NCBI GenBank assembly: GCA_951406725.2
Contig: OX597815.1
Location: 81,406,001 to 81,470,000 of the forward strand
DNA length: 64,000 bases
Reading direction: 5' to 3'
Origin: Octopus vulgaris
Lineage: Eukaryota
Shown: piece by piece, positions 42,066 through 54,105 of the stretch
Numbering within the stretch: position 1 is the stretch's first letter
How the letters are laid out: each line of letters opens with the position of its first letter
Made by a program: the position numbers and the translations under genes
The notes under the pieces: model-generated
The model's database searches: none
Seen by the model: the letters and a program-made list of their open reading frames with translations, nothing else
What the model was told of the DNA's origin: nothing

Positions 42066-42838
42066 TGGCACAAAAATGGAATATACCCAATATACTTTGT
42101 AAAAGGGTTGATATTATTAGAAAAGGCACCCAGCTCTAGAAAGCATGAGTGGAATTTGGTAACAAGGATCCATTTAGGAGGAAAGTTGGGGTCTGAATAA
42201 GAAGTAACTGAGACCAGGATGAATCATTCAACCCAGGCCAGCTTAGAACAATGAGGATGGTTATGTATATGTATGTGTGTGTGTGTGTGTGTGTGTGAGA
42301 GATAGAGCGTGTGCGTATGTGAGAGAGAATGTATGATGTGTGCATGAGAGAGTGTGTGTGCATGTGTGTGTGAGAGAGAGAGCATGTGTGTGTGAGAGCA
42401 TGTGTGGGTGTGTGTGTGTACATATGTGTGAGCGTATGTGTGGGTGTGAGCGTATGTGTGGGTGTGAGCGTATGTGAGAGTGTGTGCGTGCATTTGTGTG
42501 AGAGAGAGTGTATGTGTGTATGTGAGTGTGAGAGAGAGAGAGAGAGAGAGCATGTGTGGTTATCTGTGTCATCTGTGTGTGTGTGTGTGTGTGTGTGTCT
42601 GTATGTGTGTGTGTGTGTGTGTCTATGCACGTGAACTTTAAAGTCAATAGAAACTATGTACATAAAATAAAGCTTGCCGTAAGAACTTGAGGATTATAAG
42701 TGATTAATGCTAGGCAGATTATCTAGGTCAAGCTCTGATAGATATTGGTTTATCATAGTGCTTTGGTCAGTCATTTGATGATGATACAAGGTGGTAGTCA
42801 CAAAATGTCAGATCAGCAAAAACTAAAACTACATGCAA

Positions 42839-42878
<40 letters not shown>

Positions 42879-43012
42879 CATTTTAATATGTGTAGCAGGG
42901 TGGATAAATGGGTGTAAGTGTGTGTATAATGATAGCATTAAAACAAATAGGAAAGCAGATCAGAGGCCTGTTATTTTCTAAACTTTGCAATTATGTATGA
43001 GTATATATATAT

Positions 43013-43045
<33 letters not shown>

Positions 43046-43855
43046 CTTATATAATATGTGTGTGTGTTTATATATATGTATGTATATATATATATACATA
43101 TATATATATCTTATATAATATGTATATACATGTATGTATATAATATATGTATATATGTGTGAGTGTGTGTGATATACATACATGTATACATATATATATA
43201 AAGAGAGAGATTACAAGAAAAGATGTGTGCTGATCAAAAGAGAGAGAGATAGTGTGTGTGTGAGAGAGTGAGTGAAAGAGAGAGCGTGAAGGACAGACAG
43301 GGGGCAACAGCAAAGAAAGAGAGAAAACAGGAGTAAAAATAGAAAGAGTACAAGAGGTGAGAGATAGACAGACAGACAGACAGACAGGAGAGAGAGAGAG
43401 AGAGAGGCTATGTGACATAATAACTGGAATAATGATATTTTTTTTTACAATTCTATTTGTCATTTTGTTTATTTATAGATTTACTTATTCAATAAAACGC
43501 TGAAGTTAAATGATTTTTAGCATACTCAGCTTGAATTCTGACTTTTGTAAAAAAAATTTCATTGGGATTGAACTTCCAAAAATCGGAACAGAAAGTTGCT
43601 TCACACACACATGCACAACACAACACAATTATATGTACAAACCAATGAACATGCCTCTATATGGTTGCTCAGCCTGCTAAAGACAGCAGCCAAATTTCTT
43701 CAATTCACACCCTAAGCATCTTAAGAAAAGAAGAGTACATTATTAGGTGATGTATTCCTTCCTACATACACTAAACCTAAAAAATTATTGGGAACAAAAA
43801 ACAATGGGTAACAAAGGGTAAGGCTGGAATTTCTTCGATCAAAGGTTAACATTAC

Positions 43856-43865
43856 CTGGATCAAT
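43856..43865 (-). CDS. Candidate 10-nt microexon ATTGATCCAG
   Basis: tgttgttgggtttcag|ATTGATCCAG|gtaatg. An upstream acceptor could instead give a 70-nt exon. Confidence 0.42.
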
Positions 43866-44077
43866 CTGAAACCCAACAACACTGAATAATATAAGTGAAA
43901 TGGAGACTTTCCTGACACAGATGGCCTGAAACTTTTTATAATCCACATCTATTTGCAAGCTGGAACATCAAATTCTTACAGCTGCCACACTAGTTTTAAA
44001 GTACTTTGTATAGTATGGTGTCATGGAAATGTAAAGGCATCTGTATTCCAATCAATTATTTAAGTAAATTATTCACA

Positions 44078-44497
44078 GGCACAGGAATGGCTGTGTGGTA
44101 AGAAGCTTGCTTCTCAACCACATGGTTCCGGGTTCAGTCCCACTGTGTAGTACCTTGGGCTAACAAAGCTTTGTAAGTGGATTTGGTAGACGGAAACTGA
44201 AAGAAGCCTGTCATATATATATATGTTTGGGGACAAACACAGACAAAGACACATTCATAGAAATATATATACATATATATTTCTATGAATGTGTCTTTGT
44301 CTGTGTTTGTCCCCCCTCTATCACTTGACAACCGATGTTTGTGTGTTTATGTCCCTGTCACTCAGTGGCTTGGCACAAGAGAGCGATAAAATAAGCACTA
44401 AGCTTACAAAGAATAAGTCCTGGGGTCGATTTCTTTGACTAAACAAAACCGCTTTAAGGCAGTGCTCCAGCATGGCCACTGTCAAATGACTGAAACT
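44078..44497 (+). mobile_element. SINE family A, lying between the two candidate microexons
   Basis: ggcacaggaatggctgtgtggtaag...ggttcagtccc...caaatgactgaaac. Confidence 0.88.
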
Positions 44498-44701
44498 TGG
44501 GGTCAATAAAACAAGTACCAGTTGAACACTGGAGCTGATGTAATTGATTTACCCATCCCTAGAAATTGCCGGCCATGTGCCAATTTTTGAAATCAAATTT
44601 TGTTAAATTTAGAGGTGACCACAAACCCTTGGTTCAGAAAAAAAATCAGTAAATTTCAAGAGCTTTGACACCAGAGGTTCCTGAAAAATTAATGTTGTTA
44701 C

Positions 44702-44711
44702 CTGTAGTGTC
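44702..44711 (-). CDS. Candidate 10-nt microexon GACACTACAG
   Basis: ttctttttttcaaactttctgcatgtag|GACACTACAG|gtaaca, with a long polypyrimidine tract, TGC(ATG) just upstream of the AG and a CAG|GTAA donor. Confidence 0.5.
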
Positions 44712-44993
44712 CTACATGCAGAAAGTTTGAAAAAAAGAAAAAAATTATCGAGGGATGATCATGGCAGGAATGCCTTTTGCTTGTTAGGGCTGACCTGGAT
44801 TCAAAAAACATCAACAGCAACTACAATGCACCACAGTATACAGCACCAACCACAACCAACTAACTATATCTCACACCATACTGCACCACACACAAACACA
44901 GAAAACTGAAAGGCAAGCATATTTGTGAACTATTTTTCTCTCCTCTTATCTTTCCTGTGAAGCTTTATTCTAATCTATTTGAAATATATAATT

Positions 44994-45038
<45 letters not shown>

Positions 45039-45437
45039 TTCCTTCCTCTATACCACCCACTCTTCATATGTCATTATCATTCTCTCTTACACTACATTTA
45101 TCACCACCACCACCACCACAACCACTGCCGCCACCAGCGCCTGCACCAGTGCACCACATAATAATGTAAACCTGTACCTAAAGAGTTCTAGCCATACACC
45201 CACCATCTACTTTGCTCACTGCCAAAAAAACAGCCACACTGCTGACCTTTTCCATGTTAGTTCCAGCACACTGACATTAATACTTTTTATAAAGATATGC
45301 ATGCAGTGAGAAGTGGTTTGCATGGAGGGGAGAGAGAGTGAGAGCAGTGAGAAAGAGAAATTACAAGGAAATGTTACTAGAAAAGTGTTGAGCAAGAGGC
45401 ATATGCATATGTGTGTGTGTATATGTATGCATATGTA

Positions 45438-45485
<48 letters not shown>

Positions 45486-45487
<2 letters not shown>

Positions 45488-45962
45488 AAGGCACAATGAC
45501 CCAGTGGTTAGGGCAGCGGACTCGCGGTCGAAGGATAGCGGTTTCGATACCCAGACCGAACATTGTGAGTGTTTATTGAGCAAAAACACCTAAAGCCCCA
45601 CGAGGCTCCAGCAGGGGGTGTCGGTGAACCCTGCTGTACTCTTTCACCACAACTTTCACTCACTCTTTCTTCCTGTTTCTGTGACACTCTGTGTCACGCT
45701 GAATCTCCCCGAGAACTACGTTAAGGGTACACATGTCTGTGAAATGCTTGGCAACTTGCATGATAATAAATGGGCTGCAACGTCACTGGTGCCAAGCTGT
45801 ATCAGCTTTGCCTTTCCCTTGGATAACATCGGTGGTGTGGAGAGAGGAGGCCGGTATGCATGGGCGACTACTAGTCTTCCATAAACAACCTTGCCCCAGA
45901 CTTTTGCCTCAGAGGGTAACTTTCTAGGTGCAATCCCATGGCCATTTATGACAGAAAGGTGT
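45486..45962 (+). mobile_element. Family D tRNA-derived SINE (composite)
   Basis: tRNA-like head gacccagtggttagggcagcggactc...gtttcgatacc. Body cacgctgaatctccc.gagaactacgttaagggtacac is shared with 40520-40845, 41745-42065, 54655-54780 and 57853-58145. The 3' part is shared with 31677-31880. Confidence 0.75.
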
Positions 45963-46071
45963 CACAATATATAGTTAATCCAAATATGAAAACACAAAGA
46001 GAAAACACAACACGAGGACATGGAACAAGTATAGTGTTATTGGACACTCAGGAAAGGAAACAAAGAAGGAG

Positions 46072-46108
46072 GATTTAACATTTCGAGTGGAGCTTTTCGT
46101 CAGAAACA
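46072..46108 (-). ncRNA. Degenerate minimal hammerhead in a dispersed repeat (45972-46150, related piece 18863-18960)
   Basis: Minus strand GTTT-CTGACGA-A-AAGC tcc ACTC-GAAAT-GTT-AAAT. Core intact, stem II mismatched. Confidence 0.5.
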
Positions 46109-46371
46109 TAGAAAAAGAAAAGGTCCAAGGAAGGGAAGACGGAGAAAGAAATATATATACAGGGGTTGGACAAAATAATGGAAAGCTTTATATACAAACA
46201 TATCTTCTTTTATCTTTCTTTTACGTGTTTCAGTCATTAGACGGCAGCCATGCAGGGGTATCACCTTAAAACTTATAAAGATAACTTATGGACACCCTGT
46301 ATATATACATGTACAAACAACCTCCACCTCTCTCTCAAACACACACATGTACATATCCATAACTTGCCAAT

Positions 46372-46578
46372 ATTCTTTTCTACTCTAGGCACAAGGCCCA
46401 AAATTTTTGGGGAGGGGAACAGCCAATTAAAATAACCCCAGTACATAACTGGTATTTAATTTATCAACCCTGAAGGCAAAGTTAACATCGGCAGAATTTG
46501 AACTCAGAATGTAAAGACACATGAAATACCACTAAGTATTTCGCCTGGTGTGCTAATGTTTCTGCCAGCTTGCTGCCT
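46372..46578 (-). mobile_element. Family B SINE
   Basis: ggcagaatttgaactcagaatgtaaag...tctgccagcttgctgcc. Confidence 0.8.
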
Positions 46579-47367
46579 TATAATTATGCCAATATTGAAA
46601 AAAATAACTACCTTACATCTTGAATAATGGCTTCCCATACATGCAGTTGTGAGTAACATATGCATGTGTGTGTGTGTGTACCTTTAAAAACTGTATGTCT
46701 GTCCAGATTATCTACTGTCTCAGGTGTTCTACAATCATTACTATCAAAACATAGTGAGAAGTGTTTCAATCTGTTTCTTTCACCCACAAAGCTCGGGTCA
46801 ATCCGAGCCAAATGGTAAATAACAATTGCCAACAGTGACATGCAGTGGGAATCAAACCTGGTACCTTGTGATTGTAAAACGAAACTTTTTAACCATTCAG
46901 CCATACTACATCCACTTAACACACACACAGAGTTTAGCCTTTGAAAGAAGATTGGATTCTACTAGAAATGATAGCAATTGTATGAATTGAGGACAAGGAT
47001 CTTTTACACTGGATATCATTTCCTAGATAGTCCACTAGTCAAACTAAGCTATGAACCAGCCAGTAAAGTAGTCAACCATGAAGTGGGTGTGGTAGCTATC
47101 ATTCAAGCAAGGTAGATCAGTCAGATAGTAGTAACAACAACAACAACAGAGTCACAACAAGGATGACTCACTTTTCTTTTCTTTTCATTTTTTTTTTTTG
47201 GTGTATCTCATTTTGATTTATTTGCTTTCTGGATATTGTAACTTGTTTTGTTGTTTTTTTTTAAAGAAGAGTTGTCCTTAGCTCTTGATCTTTTCTACAA
47301 AATTTAGTAGGCATGAAGGTTATATGATACACAAAGGTGAAGAATAGCTAGTCAAAAAGTGAGAGAA

Positions 47368-47368
47368 T

Positions 47369-47400
<32 letters not shown>

Positions 47401-47408
47401 CGACAACA

Positions 47409-47467
<59 letters not shown>

Positions 47468-47492
47468 AGTAACAACAACAACAAAACAACAA
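47368..47492. repeat. Compound (CAA)n-(CGA)n-(CAA)n triplet repeat
   Basis: About 19 uninterrupted CGA units between CAA runs. Confidence 0.95.
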
Positions 47493-48543
47493 CAGGTTTA
47501 GAAAAATAAGTGAATAAAGATAAAAATATCCATTTTGTTGAACACACACAAATAAATTTTATGCACTGACAAAACGAAAGGCTGTAATACACAGAGATGG
47601 CAAATGTTAGCACAAACATGTGTGCAGCATGAGATTAAGAAGTTAGCTTCGCAGTCTTGAGGTCCAACAGCTGCAGGTCAATAAAAGCAGCCATATGAGA
47701 AAAACTGTAGAGGTTAGTTAGGTGAAAGACTGCACCTGGGCCTGAGGATTACATTCAGGGTACAGGTGTCAGTGGAATACACAGCCATTTACACCATAAA
47801 ACAGATTGCAGTGAGGTGGTAATTTTGCTTATTGAATAAACTATGGTTGTGTGCTTGCGTTATGTTTGGCAAAAAGTGCCCAGTACATGCTATAACACAG
47901 TCAGATCAAGGGTCACGTCACAGGTTGATGGGAACTTCTGCAGGTACCATGTAAACCAGTACTACCTATGGGCGACTAAACTAGCTCCCTAACTTCAGTA
48001 GATTGCAACTTTTGTGAGGAGGGTGTCTGGACACCTAGCAGGAGTGAAAAACAAACCCTGTCAAAGGTTGGACGAGTTCTTTGAGGGTCAACAGCCATCA
48101 AGTTAGGGAGGGCAATGACAAACCACCCAAATATCTCTGCCAAAAAAGCACTAACAGAAAGTCAAAATGAAGTAAAGCAATGGGTTTATCTGATAGGAGA
48201 ACTCGTGCTTAGTTTGGAAGACTTTTGTTGTAGCGCCATCAATGCACTGCAAAAGTTTACGATACCTGATGACAACAGCATGCTGTATTGTGGCTGGTGT
48301 CAGGAAGGACATCCAGCCATAGATGACATATCCATTTTGTTGAACACACACAAATACACACTGGAGCACAAGGCAGTCCTTAAATTCATTAGATCTTACC
48401 AAATCACCCAGCCCATGCCAACATGGAACATGGAAGCATAATGATGATGATGATTATTCAGCATCAGAGAACACATTCACAATTCCAGTTCAGTCAAGAT
48501 CAACTTTGTTTCCCATTCTTTTAGCAAGGTCAATGAAATAAAC

Positions 48544-49050
48544 TATAGGGTGGGGCAGAGAGGATGTACGTTTATGAAATGGCTATTACTGAGCCCTAAG
48601 AGGGACATATGCCCGACAGGTACAATTTGGTCCATGGTGTCTTAACATTTTTTTTTCTTTTCATGTGAATACATGGTGCTATGAACGATGGAGCATTGTT
48701 TGTTTGCCTATGACAGTTCAGCCTCAGTTTCGGCACTATGTCAACATTAACCGAAATCAGGTTGTTCCCACCCATAACACAATTTTAGGTGGGGTGAATG
48801 CACTTCATACATGAGGTACGCGAATGAAATGGTGACCGGTGAGGGCGCCACAAACAGTACGGACCCCAGAAAATGTGGAATGTGTCAGACAAGCTTTCAG
48901 AAAGGCATCAATGAAACCAGACACCACATGATGGATGTTGTTTACCACACTTAATACGAACACGTTGATATCAATAAAAATTTTTTGCAGCTAATATTAA
49001 TGAATTTGTGAATTTTTCAAAAATGTCCGTTTTCTATACCCCACCTTGTA
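48544..49050 (+). mobile_element. Internally deleted Tc1/mariner-superfamily element (DUF4817-like HTH remnant)
   Basis: Degenerate ~36-bp TIRs (tatagggtggggcagaga... / ...tctataccccaccttgta) with TA ends. Interior frameshifted residues (EH..FAYDS, NINRNQVVP.HNTIL..VNAL) resemble a transposase N-terminal HTH. Confidence 0.65.
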
Positions 49051-49674
49051 CTTTGGCCAATTTAATCAACTAATCCCTGTCCCACCAACATTTCAGGCCC
49101 TGTACCTATGCTAGAAATGATTATTAATGAGGGTGGGTGGATTGGAAGAATTCCTAGCGTGTCAGTAAAATGCCTTGTGGTATATTTGCTCTAGTCTTTC
49201 ATGCTCTGAGTTCAAATCCTACTGAGGCTGACATTGCTTTCCATCTCTCCAAGGTCACTGAAATAGAGTAACAGACAAGTATTGAGGTCAACGGTATTGA
49301 CTAACCCCTCCCGTCAAAACAGCTGGCCTTGTGCTTAAATTAAAAAACCTCATTGTTGTTGGTCTATAGATAAATATCAACTTTACATCTATGTTTATAT
49401 TTGCTTATAAATGTGTGTGTGTGTCTGTGTGTGTATGTGCATGTGTGATAGCCATTTTAGTCCAATTATCCATGCTGTTGTGCTTTGGATGGGTTTGCAT
49501 AATTGCAGTTTTGTACATAACATCACAATCCTGTGTTGTATAAACCAATTAAAACCATAATTACTGGATAACCTAAAATAATTACTCCCGTCTTGTATTC
49601 ACTTTGATTCACACTAGCTTTTTGGTCGTTTTTAAAAAAAAAAACACTTCTCTCTAAAAATATATATTGTTTTA

Positions 49675-50060
49675 TTCTTTTACTTGTTTCAGTCATCTGA
49701 CTATGGACATATTGGAGCACCACCTTTAGTCGAACAAATCGATCCCAGGACTTATTCTTTGTAAGCCTAGTACTTATTCTGTCAGTCCCTATTGCCAAAC
49801 TGCTAAGTTATGGGGACATAAACAAACCAACATCAGTTGTCAAGAGACGGAGGTGGGAACAAACACAGATATACACACACACATATATATATAGATATAT
49901 ATATACAACAGGCTTCTCTCAGTTTCCATCTGCCAAATCCACTCACAAGGCTTTGGTTGGCCTGAGGCTATAGTAGAAGACTCTTGCCGAAGATGCTACG
50001 CAGTGGGACTGATCCCAGAACCATGTGGTTGGGCAGCAAGCTTCTTACCACACAGCCAAT
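49675..50060 (-). mobile_element. SINE family A
   Basis: ttcttttacttgtttcagtca...ttaccacacagcca. Confidence 0.88.
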
Positions 50061-50242
50061 CCTTAACTTTTATCACTTACTTGTTTCAGTCATTAAACTG
50101 CAGCCATGCAGGGCACTGCCTTGAAGAATTTTGTCAAACAAATTGACATCATATTTTTTCGTTTTGGTACTTATTCTATTAATATTTTTTGCTCAACTGC
50201 AAAACTATGGGGATGTAAACAAACCAACACTGGATATCAGAA

Positions 50243-50450
50243 TCAGTAGCATGCTAGGCAAAATGCTTAGCGACAGTCTGTCTACCTTTGCATTCTGAGT
50301 TCAAATTCAGCTACGGTCGATTTTGCTTTTCATCCTTTCAGGGTCGATAGAATAAGTATAGAATAAGTCCCAGTCAAGCTCTGGGGTTGATATAGTCAAC
50401 TTAGCCCCTCCCCTGAAATTGATGGCGTTGTACCAAAATTTGAAACCAAT
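50243..50450 (+). mobile_element. Family B SINE
   Basis: tctgagttcaaattc...tttcatcctttcagggtcgatag. Confidence 0.8.
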
Positions 50451-50691
50451 ATTTGGTGAGTTAACATTGGGAGAGCTGAGAGGGAGTCTATTTATTCTCT
50501 TGACTATGTGGGCACCGAAAGCAATTAGCAAATGCTCCATACATCCCACTGTGATGTTCCAGCAAGACTGCAGTCGCACGGCTGAAATGAGTAAAAGAAT
50601 AAAAGAATATATCCTACCGAGTCATATTTATTTGTGAGTGATGGCTATGGTTGGGTTACATGTAAAATATGCATGTATGTAAGTATGTATA

Positions 50692-51926
50692 TATTAGAAA
50701 AAGGTCAATAGATATTTGCCATTACATTTTTAATCAACCAAATATGAACCATTTTGTTGCACAATGCGTCTCCACCTTTCCTTTAACTTGAAAATACCCT
50801 CTTCCCAGAATCAAGGTGGCTTCATGGCAAAGAATTCATCAAGCTATCTTTTTACGTCATCCAAGGAATTGAAATTTTTACCATTAAGACTATTCTGCAG
50901 AGACCTGAATAAGTGGAAATCTAGTGAATATGGAGGGTGGGGTAACATATCCCAGCCGAGCTGCAGCAATTTTTGTCTGGTTCCCAAAAAACGTGCAGTC
51001 TTGCATTATCATGTTGGAAAACAACACCCTTCCTGTTTGCCAATTCTGGACGTTTCTCTTGAATTGCTGCTTTTAACTTGTCCAGTTGTGTGCAGTATTT
51101 CGCAGAATGAATTGTCTGGTTACTTGGGAGAAGCTCATAGTACAGAATTCCTTACCAATCCTACCGCACACAAAGCAACACTTTTTTTGGGTGAAGACCC
51201 ATTTTTGGGGTGGCTAAGGGTGGTTCATGTCGCTTGCTCCAGGATTGCTTTCTCTGAACATTTCGGTAGATAATCCATTTCTCATCACCTGTCACAATTT
51301 GCTTTAAAAAAGGCACATTTTCATTCCATTTATAAAGCAAATCAGAGATGGAAATGCAATCCAAAATGTTCTTCTCACTCAACTCATGTGGTATCCAAAC
51401 ATCATAGCGATTTGTGTACCCAAGCTTTACCAGGTGCTTATGAATGACGGATTTTGATAGGTTTAGGCTTTCTGCCAATTCTCAGGTTGTTCAATGTGGG
51501 TTATTCTCAATTAATGACTTGATTTGGTCATCATCTGTAGTGGATGGTCTGCCTGATCGCTCTTTATCACTAAGGCTACAATCTCCAGCTGGGAACCTTG
51601 CGAACCACTTCTGTACAGTTCTTTCAGATAAAGAAACATCACCACAAACTGCATATATTTCTTTGGTTGCTTGTGAGGCATTATTCCCTTTACGGAAAAA
51701 GAAAAGCATCAAGTGCCAAAAATGAACTTTCTTATCTTCCATTTTAAAGGGTTACAGAATTAACACAGGTTATAGGAACATAAACCTTCTTCTATGAAAA
51801 GATAGCTTAAACGGTGCTCTAAATGGAGGTGTAGTCAAATCCTATTTTGTGGACTCAACCATGTTCTAAAATAAGGCGAAAGGTAAGCTACTATAAATCG
51901 GCATGAACTTTCTGGACAACCCAATA
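50692..51926 (-). mobile_element. Mariner element, 5' TIR present and 3' TIR missing
   Basis: 5' end TA|TTGGGTTGTCCAGAAAGTTCATGCCG at about 51899-51926. No matching TIR after the stop codon. The left boundary is approximate. Confidence 0.85.
50730..51742 (-). pseudogene. Mariner (DD34D) transposase pseudogene
   Basis: Reads MEDKKVHFWHLMLFFFRKG..., ERSGRP, WIPHEL, IVTGDEKW, FQHDNAR, HPPYS-DFHLF, ERWRRIVQQNGSYLVD*. It has several in-frame stops, a frameshift near 50985 and a ~5-codon deletion in the YSPDLAPSD motif. Confidence 0.95.
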
Positions 51927-52391
51927 CATATGAGTGATGGTTATGGTTGGGTTACATATAAACATATATGTATGTATGTATATATCTATCTATTTATCTA
52001 TCAAGAGACAGAGATATATAGATACACATATAGAGAGGGAAAGAGACATACATACATACATAGACATAATCTTGCACTCACACACATTATAGACATGCAT
52101 ACATGTGTGTATCTATATATATATATATGTATATACATAAACGTATACATGTATTTATGTATAATATGTGTGTGTATGTGCATACACACAGGCATATACT
52201 TTCACACATACATACACATTACATATTTACTCTGCGTATAAAAAAAAAAACGATACATTCACTGACAAGCACAAGCAAATAAGACCTCATCAGTCAGTGT
52301 CACTCACTGGAAAAGGTTATCCAATTAAGCCATCAGTCATTAGTTCCACTGACATTACCAAATAAAAATGAAAAAAGCCTCCCTCATAGGT

Positions 52392-52792
52392 GTAGGCGTG
52401 GCTTTGTGGTACATCGCTATCTTCCCAACCACATGATCCTGGGTTCAGTCTCACTGCATGGCACCTTGAGCGTGAAACTGCTACTGTAGCCTTGGACCAA
52501 TGAAAGCCTTGTGAGTGGAATTGGTAGACGGAAACTGAAAGAAGCCTGCCATATATATATTTTGTGTGTGTGTGTGTGTGTCTTTTTGTCCCTCCACCAT
52601 CGCTTGACAAGTGATGTTGGTGTGTTTACACCCCCGTAACTTAGCAGGTCAGCATAAGACACCGACAGAATAAGTACTAGGCTTGCAAAGAATAAGTCCT
52701 GGGGGAGCGCGATTTCTTCAACTAAAACCCTTTAAGGTGGTGCTCCAGCATGGCCACTGTCAAATGCCGGAAACAAGTAAAAGATCAAAAGA
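52392..52792 (+). mobile_element. SINE family A
   Basis: gtaggcgtggctttgtggta...ggttcagtctc...gaaacaagtaaaaga. Confidence 0.88.
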
Positions 52793-52986
52793 ATATCTAC
52801 AACCTTCATACCATATAACCTTCTTCTTTTATCCTTCTACACAACTCACCCCAGTTTCCACAACAATCACATAAAAACAGGTACCTTGTAAAAAATGCAA
52901 CTACTGCCATCTGCAATGAGCTCATTTTTATTTTTCAGTTTTATGGTATTCAATGTCTAAGACCTTGCAGACTATACTTCCTGGAG

Positions 52987-53150
52987 CAGGGGTTCTCAAC
53001 TGGCCCTTGGTCCATATAGCCCTTGGGGGTCCAAATACGAGGGAGGGTTTTTTGTCAATATTAATGAGCAATAAATTGCTTACACTTCTACAATACACAA
53101 AATATTAAAATAATTTCATTTTAATGAAATTCCTAATAATGTTTCATGCA
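52987..53150. mobile_element. hAT MITE one-ended fragment
   Basis: caggggttctcaac terminus followed by ggtcc...gggggtcc. No second TIR seen and the right boundary is approximate. Confidence 0.5.
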
Positions 53151-53312
53151 CCATCATCATTATCACCACCATCGCACACCATCTACAGCTGAGTGGACTG
53201 GAGCAATGTGAAATAAAGTGTCTTGCTCAAGAACACAATACACAACTCAGTCCAGAAATCAAACTCACTACCTCATAATTGTAAACCTGACACTCTAACC
53301 ACTGAGCCATGC

Positions 53313-53370
<58 letters not shown>

Positions 53371-54105
53371 GTGTGTGTGTGTGTATGTATGTATATATAT
53401 ATATATATACACACACATAGCCTTTTGTGTTTCAATTTCATTTTCACTATTTGGTTTTTATAGCAATTTTCTACATGCCAATATATGTTTTATTATCTAT
53501 CTTTATGTCTCTCTTTCTCCCCCTCTCTCTCTCCACACACACACACACATGCATTATATATATATATATATATATATATATAATGTATTTATTGTAAACT
53601 CTTCATATTTGCATATGTATTGTTGAAGCAAGTGTTCTTTTACAGCTGGAAGTTTTTTTTTTTTTTCCTCATTTTTTAAAATCCCTCTCTCTCTCTCTCT
53701 CCTTCTTTCCAATTACTAACCAGTCGACTGTAAAGTCACAGTGGCACCTGTTTCTTAAGGTAGGGTGATCAGAAATCAGTCATTTATTATCTTGTCAATG
53801 GATTTCACCACAATGCATGTCTCTGTTGTTGTTGTTGTTATGTTGTTGACGTTGCTGTCCATATTTTTGTTACTGTCGTTGTTTAGCGCAACTGCAATCA
53901 TAAATGAGAGGACTTCTCATCAAAAGCATTCCACCCATGACAATCCTGTTTTTTTTTTTCTTTTCCCCCCTTTTAGATGTATCTAACGCTACAATATCAA
54001 ATGAGCAACAATTTGAGGGAAACTTGGCTGCTATGTCTATCAGGCTTGTGACTCTATAAAGGCTCCTTTGCTGGCTCATAATTTTCCCAATAATAATAAT
54101 AATAA

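Noticed and set aside
45490-45560. tRNA gene
   Set aside because: A and B boxes are present, but there is no complete cloverleaf or terminator and it runs into a SINE body.
46157-46281. Tc1-like MITE (ta|caggggttggacaaaat ... ttatggacaccctg|ta)
   Set aside because: The two ends are not reverse complements beyond CAGGG, so they are probably remnants of different elements.
50764-51725. Plus-strand ORFs of 169 and 93 aa
   Set aside because: Antisense shadows of the mariner transposase pseudogene.
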